Shown piece by piece: positions 15,422 through 22,289 of a stretch of DNA of 24,000 nt. The stretch is from an uncultured Schlesneria sp. Its GTDB lineage: Bacteria > Planctomycetota > Planctomycetia > Planctomycetales > Planctomycetaceae. The first letter of the stretch is position 1. The number at the start of each line of letters is the position of its first letter. A program made the translations under genes and the position numbers. The notes under the pieces were generated by a model that saw only the letters and a list, made by a program, of their open reading frames with translations, did no database searches and had not been told where the DNA came from. Location: contig CAIQIR010000096.1 of the NCBI GenBank assembly GCA_903871875.1, positions 46,185-70,184 on the forward strand, written 5' to 3'.

Positions 15422-16720
15422 TCACATCCACCCGCCGGTAAATCCGGCGCGACGCAGGCCGTTGACGATATGAGGGCAATGTCGCATCAGTTGCCAGATC
15501 AAGTTCGTCCGATAGTTTTCGATCATCAGCACAATGGGAACCTGATCGATACCAAAGTGGTAAGGAGAGATCCAGAAGGGTTGATTGAAGGCGATCGGGG
15601 GATGACTGGGGTTGTAAGAGGCTTTGAAGCCGTAGGGGCCTGTATTCTTCAACTCGACGTCATGAATCAAATAGTCGATGGCCGGCAGCACGATTTCGGG
15701 TGCGAAAGGGAGCGAGGCGACGACGGCCCATGGCGCAAGCGTGCCGTCATCGGGACCGAAGGGCACTCCCCGTGCCAGGTAGTCGTAGAAACGTCGCTCG
15801 ATTCCGTTCACCTTCATCTTCTTGGGGCCGGGACCATCGCTGGCGGTGATCCCCCAGCCGTTCTCGCCGTATCCTTTGAACTTCAGGGGATTTTTGATCG
15901 CGTATTGCTGCTGAATCAAAGTGGCGCGACGACTGTTCTCGAAGTAGTCGATTCCTTTGCCTTGCATGAATTCATCCTGAATCCCGCGAAAGTCGATCCA
16001 CAAGTGCGAGATCTGATGCGTGAACAGGGGGCCCGCATAGAGATATTCGTGTCCCAAACAAGACTTCCATTCGTAAGTGGAGGCCCAGGCCGCGTAGCTC
16101 TCGGGCGGTAACGGATGGGTGGGTGAACCCAGGCCGAGGACATACAGCAACAGGGCTTCGTCATATCCTTGCCAGCGGTATTTCAGAAATCCGCTCTTTG
16201 GTTTCCAGCCGTGCGTCAACGTCGCGCCACCATTTTGAGCCCACCGCCAGTCGACGCGACGATAAAGCGATTCGGCCAGCGTTCCGATCTCGCGTTCGTC
16301 GGCATTGTCGCCACTGAAGTAGATTCCCGCTGTCAACATGCCGGCAATCAGGATGGCGGTATCGATTGTCGAAAGCTCCGATCGCCAGGCGCGCTGTCCC
16401 GTCTGCATGTCCAGAAAGTGGTAGTAAAAGCCATGGTAGCCAGTGGCGTCGGGGTCCGAACTTTGAGGGCTGTTCCAAAAGAATCGCAACGTCGTCAGCG
16501 TTCGCTTGACGGCCTCGGCCCGTGTGATGAATCCCCGTTCGACGGCGACAGGATAAGCGGTCAGAGCCATACCGATCGCCGCGATGCTGGCGGGCCAATC
16601 GACCGAGGTTCGGTCGACGACCAGACCGTTGGCCAGATTCGTCTCGTGCAGGATGTAACTGAACGCCTCGCATTGAAGTCGGTCCAGTTCCTCTGCCACC
16701 ACGGTATGTTTTTCTTCCAT
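15422..16720 (-). CDS. Glucoamylase-family protein (PF10091 / GH144 endo-beta-1,2-glucanase-like, (alpha/alpha)6 barrel), no signal peptide
   Basis: Family-typical segments: CEAFSYILHETNLANGLVVDRT, GYHGFYYHFLDMQTGQR, STIDTAILIAGML, YDEALLLYVLGLGSPTHPL, GENGWGITASDGP, and C-terminal FGIDQVPIVLMIENYRTNLIW. The ATG at 16720 (MEEKHTVV) is preferred over the upstream in-frame start at 16816. Confidence 0.7.
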   Translation of the reverse strand: MEEKHTVVAEELDRLQCEAFSYILHETNLANGLVVDRTSVDWPASIAAIGMALTAYPVAVERGFITRAEAVKRTLTTLRFFWNSPQSSDPDATGYHGFYYHFLDMQTGQRAWRSELSTIDTAILIAGMLTAGIYFSGDNADEREIGTLAESLYRRVDWRWAQNGGATLTHGWKPKSGFLKYRWQGYDEALLLYVLGLGSPTHPLPPESYAAWASTYEWKSCLGHEYLYAGPLFTHQISHLWIDFRGIQDEFMQGKGIDYFENSRRATLIQQQYAIKNPLKFKGYGENGWGITASDGPGPKKMKVNGIERRFYDYLARGVPFGPDDGTLAPWAVVASLPFAPEIVLPAIDYLIHDVELKNTGPYGFKASYNPSHPPIAFNQPFWISPYHFGIDQVPIVLMIENYRTNLIWQLMRHCPHIVNGLRRAGFTGGWM

Positions 16721-17059
16721 CAGCAATCCTGGTTCACCTGAGACAAGGAAACGGAGATTGCAGCGACTGATCTGTTTCGCAGATCCCGTCGTTTGCAAGG
16801 TCCGACCGAGTGGCAATCGGGACGAACCGCTCGTCGTTGCAGAAGGACTGCGACATTCTTTACCGCTGTCCCGCCGATGACCAGTGTGACGGCCGACAAA
16901 AGCAACCGGTCAGTGACCTGGAAGCAAAAAGTTCCGGCTTCAACGCCGATGGCCGATTGCATTCACATCGGGACTTCGGCACACTCGTTTGGAACGGTGA
17001 TTTCCAACGGTTGATTCGTCACCCGCGTTCGCGACGAGAGACCAGCAAGGCAAGATATC

Positions 17060-18829
17060 ATGTGGACTCGATTGGCGCCGGTTGAATTGGTCTGCTGTTC
17101 TCGGTTATTGTGGATTTTAGTCATCGGTTGGTTTGCCTTCGTCGAGGAGGTCAGCAGCGTGACGACGGGATCGGCGGCGGAATTCGATCGACCGGCCGGA
17201 ATGATCGGACAAAGTCGGTCCATGGTGATGGCCAAACAGGGCATGGTTGCCACCAGCAATCCCGCGGCGGCTCAAGCCGGATTGGACGTCTTGCGTCAGG
17301 GAGGCAACGCGATCGATGCCGCGATCGCCACCAACGCCATGCTGGGCGTCGTTGAGCCGATGAGCTGTGGAATCGGCGGCGATCTGTTTGCCATCGTCTG
17401 GGATGCCAAATCCAAAAAACTGTACGGCTTGAATGCATCAGGACGCAGCCCGCGATCGCTGACTCGGCAGGTCTTTCGCGATAAGAATTTGACCGACATT
17501 CCGTCAACGGGCCCGTTGTCGTGGTCGGTCCCTGGCTGTGTCGACGGTTGGCACGAATTGAACTCGCGCTTCGGTACTCGCCCGCTGGCCGACTTGTTAC
17601 GACCTGCCATTGCCGCGGCCGAAGATGGTTATCCGGTCGCGGAACTGATCAGTGCCGGTTGGAAAGCGGGGCAGAAAGATCTTGAGAAATGGCCCGATTC
17701 GGCTCGTGTGTTTTTGCCCGGCGGAAAGCCACTTGGCGTCGGAGAAATCGCCCGCTTGCCCGAACTGGCGGCCAGCTATCGTTTGATTGCCCAGCGGGGA
17801 CGCGACGCTTTTTACCGCGGTCCCATCGCGGCCGAAATCGATCGTTTCAGTCAAGCCAACGGAGGCTACCTGACGGCCGAAGATCTGGCCGCTCATACCA
17901 GCGACTGGGTGGAACCGGTCTCAACGACCTACCGAGGTTATTCGGTGTGGGAACTGCCTCCCAACGGCCAGGGGATTGCCGCGTTGCAGATGCTGAATCT
18001 GTTGGAAGGATTCGACCTCAAGGCGCTGGGACCCAAAAGTCCCGAATATGTCCACCTGTTTGTCGAAGCGAAAAAACTCGCCTTTGCCGATCGAGCCAAG
18101 TTTTACGCCGATCCCGCGTTTGGCAAGTTGCCGACGGCCGAATTGATTTCGAAACCGTACGCCGATCGTCGGCGGGCTTTGATCAATCGTGATCATGCCG
18201 CGACCAATTACCCCGCCGGCGACCCTCAGTTGGAACTGGGTGACACGGTCTATCTGACCGTGGTGGACAAAGATCGCAATTGCTGCTCGTTGATCCAGAG
18301 TCTGTTTTTCGCTTTCGGTTCGCAGGTCGTCCCGGGGAATGTCGGATTTCCGCTGCAAAACCGCGGTCGATCTTTTGCACTTTCGGACAATCATCTCAAT
18401 CGTCTGGAGCCGGGCAAACGACCGTTTCACACGATCGTGCCGGCGATGGTTACCAAGGACGATCGGCCTCTCTTTTCGTTCGGTGTGATGGGAGGCGACA
18501 TGCAAGCCCAGGGGCATGTCAGCGTCCTGATCAACCTGTTCGACTTTGGAATGAACATTCAGGCGGCGGGAGATGCCGCGCGCATCCGTCACGGCGGCAG
18601 TGCCACGCCGACGGGAGGAGCGGCCGCTGTCGACGGCGGGACCATCTACCTGGAAAGCGGTTTTCCCAAACAGACGCGTGACCGCTTGCGAGAGCTCGGT
18701 CATCAATTGAAAGCGACCGACGATCCGGGAGGATTCGGGGGCTATCAAGGGATCTGGATCGACTGGGACCAGGGTGTCTTGCACGGAGCGTCGGATCCAC
18801 GAAAAGACGGCGCGGCTGTCGGCTATTGA
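17060..18829 (+). CDS. ggt: Gamma-glutamyltransferase (Ntn-hydrolase family)
   Basis: N-terminal hydrophobic anchor/signal, MVATSNPAAAQAGLDVLRQGGNAIDAAIATNAMLGVVEPMSCGIGGD, the autoprocessing/nucleophile region GDTVYLTVVDKDRNCCSLIQSLFFAFGS, and the C-terminal GVMGGDMQAQGH motif. Confidence 0.9.
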   Translation: MWTRLAPVELVCCSRLLWILVIGWFAFVEEVSSVTTGSAAEFDRPAGMIGQSRSMVMAKQGMVATSNPAAAQAGLDVLRQGGNAIDAAIATNAMLGVVEPMSCGIGGDLFAIVWDAKSKKLYGLNASGRSPRSLTRQVFRDKNLTDIPSTGPLSWSVPGCVDGWHELNSRFGTRPLADLLRPAIAAAEDGYPVAELISAGWKAGQKDLEKWPDSARVFLPGGKPLGVGEIARLPELAASYRLIAQRGRDAFYRGPIAAEIDRFSQANGGYLTAEDLAAHTSDWVEPVSTTYRGYSVWELPPNGQGIAALQMLNLLEGFDLKALGPKSPEYVHLFVEAKKLAFADRAKFYADPAFGKLPTAELISKPYADRRRALINRDHAATNYPAGDPQLELGDTVYLTVVDKDRNCCSLIQSLFFAFGSQVVPGNVGFPLQNRGRSFALSDNHLNRLEPGKRPFHTIVPAMVTKDDRPLFSFGVMGGDMQAQGHVSVLINLFDFGMNIQAAGDAARIRHGGSATPTGGAAAVDGGTIYLESGFPKQTRDRLRELGHQLKATDDPGGFGGYQGIWIDWDQGVLHGASDPRKDGAAVGY

Positions 18830-19295
18830 TCGTGATCTGAAGTGATTCTGACTTTTGTCCCACAATCCTGCTGAGGCATTCGTACGCGATTGGTGGTGAT
18901 GCCACTGTTTTGGCGACGTTTGTCCGAATCATTTTCTGCCCCCAGTGGAGGGGTAAACCGCACGACTTTTTTGCTGCCGAGCGGGGTATCTCATCTGACC
19001 GAACCTGTGGTTTCCCACGGCCTTAAATCCGATTGCCCTCGATAATTATTGAAACCCAGCGCATAATCGTCCGGGTAACTTTCGTAGCCTGCGGAAAACA
19101 TTAAAAAAAAGATGCAACCCATCATTTCCAGTGTTACTGTGTGGCGAACATATCCGAGAAGTAATTCATCTGCAGATTCTTTGCGGTTTTCGATTTCACA
19201 TATCTTGTGGTGACTGTTCGGTAAATTTTCGACTTCGTTTCAACGTTACGTCTTTTTTCTATTCATTTCATGTCTTCGACTAATCGGGTAATTCG

Positions 19296-20372
19296 ATGAC
19301 AGGAATCTCACGTCGCGATCTATTGAAAGCGGGCGCTGCTTGCACCATGTCGTCCGCGCTGCTGACGATGTTCGGGTCGACTGCTTACGGCAAATGCCGC
19401 GCGTATGCCGATGCCATTCTGCGAAAGGGCGAGCCGCCGCGGCCCGAAGAAGGGGCGTTCACTCTGGTCGTTCTGCCCGACACGCAGCATTACAGCGAAG
19501 ACTATCCGGCCACGTTTTTGGCCCAAACCAATTGGATCGCTGAAAACCAGTCGATCCGAAAAATTGCCGGTGTCGTCCATCTGGGTGATATCACGAATCG
19601 CAATTCGCCCCAGGAGTGGGAAAACGCATCGAGAGCCCTGAGCGTTCTGGATGGCAAGGTTCCTTACTTTTTGACGACCGGCAACCATGACTACGGTGCA
19701 GGTGGTCATTGTGCCGACCGAACGACGCTGTTGAATTCGTACTTTCCCGTCAGCCGATTCCAGGATCATCCCAGCTTCGGCGGCGTCTACGACAAAGAGC
19801 CGGATCGCATCGAAAATAATTATCACCTGTTCGAAGCCGGAGGTCAGAAATTCCTGGTCTTGTCGCTGGAATTCGGTCCGCGGCACGATGTTGTCCGCTG
19901 GGCCAATGATGTGGTCTCGTGCCATCAGGATCGTGCCGTCATCCTGTCGACGCATGCTTACACCTATCTCGACAATACGCGGTACGACTGGAAGCGATCG
20001 TCCGGTTCACAAATCTGGAATCCGCATTCCTACGGGATGGCTTTGGCGTCAAGTGACGACGCCACCGACGGCGAAGAATTGTGGACCCAACTGGTCAGTC
20101 AGCATGAAAACTTCGTGCTGACCCTGAATGGACATGTGCTGGGCGATGGCCTGGCACGATTGGCCACCCCCACACGGGCTGGCCGCGATATCGAGCAATT
20201 GCTCGTGAACTTTCAAATGCGACCTCGCGGAGGGGACGGTTGGCTGCGGCTGTTGGAGTTTCGCCAAGATGGTGAAGTACAAGTATATGATTACTCTCCA
20301 ACGCGCCGCCAACGAAACGAATCGCCGAAGAATCAGTTCGCCATGTCGTTGGCTCCGATTGCCATGGTCTGA
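19296..20372 (+). CDS. Calcineurin-like metallophosphoesterase with a twin-arginine signal
   Basis: Tat motif MTGISRRDLLKAGAA. Metallophosphoesterase motifs: VVLPDTQHY (D-x-H), HLGDITNRN (GD), TGNHDY (GNH[DE]), LSTHAY and LNGHVLGDG (GH). Confidence 0.85.
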   Translation: MTGISRRDLLKAGAACTMSSALLTMFGSTAYGKCRAYADAILRKGEPPRPEEGAFTLVVLPDTQHYSEDYPATFLAQTNWIAENQSIRKIAGVVHLGDITNRNSPQEWENASRALSVLDGKVPYFLTTGNHDYGAGGHCADRTTLLNSYFPVSRFQDHPSFGGVYDKEPDRIENNYHLFEAGGQKFLVLSLEFGPRHDVVRWANDVVSCHQDRAVILSTHAYTYLDNTRYDWKRSSGSQIWNPHSYGMALASSDDATDGEELWTQLVSQHENFVLTLNGHVLGDGLARLATPTRAGRDIEQLLVNFQMRPRGGDGWLRLLEFRQDGEVQVYDYSPTRRQRNESPKNQFAMSLAPIAMV

Positions 20373-20398
20373 TCTGTGATCATGGTCTGATCTGTGAT
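20363..20398. repeat. Perfect tandem duplication of an 18-bp unit (catggtctgatctgtgat x2)
   Basis: Read directly: 20363-20380 is identical to 20381-20398. The first copy holds the last two sense codons and the TGA stop (20370-20372) of the metallophosphoesterase gene. Confidence 0.95.
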
Positions 20399-20427
20399 TG
20401 AGTGCCGATGTTTCCTCCTTGTCGAAC

Positions 20428-20452
20428 CATCCTCTTCGGGGGATGTTCTTCA
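20428..20452 (+). terminator. Candidate intrinsic terminator hairpin with a UUCG tetraloop
   Basis: catcctc (20428-20434) / ttcg loop / ggggatg (20439-20445) gives a 7-bp stem with one G.U pair, followed by ttcttca. It sits between the convergent metallophosphoesterase and ligase genes. The U-tract is weak. Confidence 0.35.
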
Positions 20453-20463
20453 CGTCGCGCTGG

Positions 20464-21756
20464 TTACGCTTCGCGGACCAGGCGTTTGGCTTTCATTTCG
20501 AACCGCGGCAGCGAGCCGCTGGGGACCAGTCGCACTTCCGCCTGGAATTGCAGTCGCTGTTTGATTTCGGCGGCCACGGTCGCGGCGAGCGACGAAACGT
20601 CGGCTTCCGGTTCTGGCTCCAGTTCCAGCCGCACGTGAGGCATCTCTCGCAGTCGCGTGACCACAATCCGGAATTCCGCCACCGCGGCGAATTCTCGCAC
20701 GATCGCTTCGATACTCGACGGGAAGACGTTGTTGCCGCGAATGATCAGCATATCGTCGGTCCGCCCGCGAATGCCGCCGCGTAACCGCAGCCAGGCTCGG
20801 CCTGAGGGATGCGGCGTCCGATCGGCTTCGACCAGGTCACCCGTTCGATAGCGGAAGACGGGCGATCCGGTTCGCCCCAGATTCGTGATCACCAGTTCGC
20901 CTGTTCCGTCAGCGGACGCCAGACCTGTATCGGGATCGATAATCTCGGCGATGCAGGCCGATTCATTCACCGTCAAGACGTCGGGATCGTCTTCGCATTC
21001 CGTAGCGAGCGGACCAATCTCGGTCATGCCCCAATGATCGAACACACGGGCTCCCCAGGCGGCGGCAATCCGAGCACGCACCGACGGGATAGACCCGCCC
21101 GGTTCGCCTGCCACCAGGATGGCCCGGACCGAACTGGACGCCACATCGATCCCCTGGGCCGCAGCGGTCTCCGCGAGTCTCAGCGCGTATGTCGGTGTGC
21201 AGCCCAGCCAGGTCACCTGATTGTCCAGAATCAGTTTCAATCGCGCTTCGCTGCTCATGCCGCCAGCCGCCAGGCACAAGTTTCCTTGCCGACTGGCCCC
21301 TTCAAATCCGGCCCAGAAACCGAGAAACGGGCCGAACGAAAAGGTAAAGCACAACCGGTCGTCGCGACGCAGTCCCATCAGGCGATAGATGGTCGACCAG
21401 CAATCCAGCATCCATTCCCAACTGGCGGGAGTATCCAGCCACCGCAGCGGCCGTCCTGTCGTTGTCCCCGACGTTTGATGCAATCGCGAATACGTGCCCG
21501 CGGGGAACGTGAGATTCGAGCCGTACGGCGGAAAGGCCAGTTGGTCTTCCGCCAGTTCTTCCTTGGTGGTGAACGGCAATCGTCCGAGATCATCGAGCGT
21601 GCGAATCGACGACGGGGCGACACCCGCGCTGGCGAACTTGCGGGTCCAGAACGGATTGGCCGGGACCACGGTCGCCAACAGTTCCGATAACCGTTCGGCT
21701 TGCCACTGGGCCAGTTCCGCTCGACTCGCTGTATCCCCGATCTTGCCGCGTGTCAC
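20464..21756 (-). CDS. Phenylacetate-CoA ligase family (PaaK / F390-synthetase-like) adenylate-forming enzyme
   Basis: N-terminal region ...LDDLGRLPFTTKEELAED...YSRLHQTSGTTTGRPLRWLDT (the AMP-binding TSGTTG-like P-loop). The C-terminal small domain ends ...GSLPRFEMKAKRLVRE. GTG start at 21756, 12 nt after the xseB stop. Confidence 0.8.
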   Translation of the reverse strand: MTRGKIGDTASRAELAQWQAERLSELLATVVPANPFWTRKFASAGVAPSSIRTLDDLGRLPFTTKEELAEDQLAFPPYGSNLTFPAGTYSRLHQTSGTTTGRPLRWLDTPASWEWMLDCWSTIYRLMGLRRDDRLCFTFSFGPFLGFWAGFEGASRQGNLCLAAGGMSSEARLKLILDNQVTWLGCTPTYALRLAETAAAQGIDVASSSVRAILVAGEPGGSIPSVRARIAAAWGARVFDHWGMTEIGPLATECEDDPDVLTVNESACIAEIIDPDTGLASADGTGELVITNLGRTGSPVFRYRTGDLVEADRTPHPSGRAWLRLRGGIRGRTDDMLIIRGNNVFPSSIEAIVREFAAVAEFRIVVTRLREMPHVRLELEPEPEADVSSLAATVAAEIKQRLQFQAEVRLVPSGSLPRFEMKAKRLVREA

Positions 21757-21768
21757 CGCACCGTCCCA

Positions 21769-22092
21769 TTAAAAAAGCGTCTTCGAATCGGAATTGCCGG
21801 CGGTGGGCGTGGCGTCAAAGGGAGCGGTGGTTGCGTCACCGTTGGCCTTAAAGCTGACCAGAATTTCAATCTTCTGTTCGGCCTGTTCGAGAAACGTATG
21901 GCATTTTCGCAGTAAGCCGATGCCTCGCTCGAACTGAGCCAGCGAGGCTTCGAGTCCCAGCGAATTGTCCTCCAGATCGGTGACGATCTGTTGCAGGTCG
22001 GTCATCGCTTCTTCGAACGAGGGCAGCTTTTCGGCGGGCGGATTGCTGTCGGCAGGGGCGGGCGTTTTATTGGCGGCGGGCGGCTTGGGCAT
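21769..22092 (-). CDS. xseB: Exodeoxyribonuclease VII small subunit with a Pro/Ala-rich N-terminal extension
   Basis: Core SFEEAMTDLQQIVTDLEDNSLGLEASLAQFERGIGLLRKCHTFLEQAEQKIEILV matches the XseB helical hairpin consensus. The first 24 residues are MPKPPAANKTPAPADSNPPAEKLP. Confidence 0.85.
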   Translation of the reverse strand: MPKPPAANKTPAPADSNPPAEKLPSFEEAMTDLQQIVTDLEDNSLGLEASLAQFERGIGLLRKCHTFLEQAEQKIEILVSFKANGDATTAPFDATPTAGNSDSKTLF

Positions 22093-22289
22093 GCATGAAC
22101 TCCAGATATTCGGTGCTTCATTGTTGACGGTTGCGAGTCTCGCGTCGAGTGCTAACCCCGAAAGAATTGCTCCACTTCCATTCAGGAACAGAATTGCATC
22201 TGCTGATCGGATCAGGCATCATTTCTGGTCTCCACCGGATTGGTGTCATCACCGGTCCCTCCTGCTGCCGAAATGTCGGAGACCCGCCA

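Noticed and set aside
15356-16111. 251-aa plus-strand ORF (and 16169-16741 plus, 16161-16673 minus)
   Set aside because: These overlap the well-supported GH144-like gene, either antisense or out of frame. Their compositions are typical of wrong-frame translation.
17921-18865. 314-aa minus-strand ORF
   Set aside because: It is codon-aligned antisense to ggt and has no recognisable motifs. ggt is fully supported on the plus strand.
18893-18915. Possible terminator after ggt (ggtgg tgat gccact followed by gtttt)
   Set aside because: The stem is only 4-5 bp including a wobble pair, which is too weak to report as a feature.
19112-19213. 33-codon ORF (MQPIISSVTVWRTYPRSNSSADSLRFSISHILW) in the AT-rich spacer
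   Set aside because: It has no RBS (it is preceded by an A8 run) and no protein-like features, and its length is within chance expectation for AT-rich sequence.
20809-21690. 293-aa plus-strand ORF
   Set aside because: It is antisense to the PaaK-like ligase, Arg/Gly/Pro-rich, and has no motifs.
22203-22215. 13-bp palindrome CTGATC-G-GATCAG in the xseB / DUF1549 divergent region (similarly CGCAG-T-CTGCG at 5783-5793, CGTTGAT-N5-ATCAACG at 12871-12889 and TGATCGC-GGA-GCGATCA at 12941-12957)
   Set aside because: Palindromes with 5-7 bp arms are expected several times by chance in 24 kb, so they are not individually significant without conservation data.
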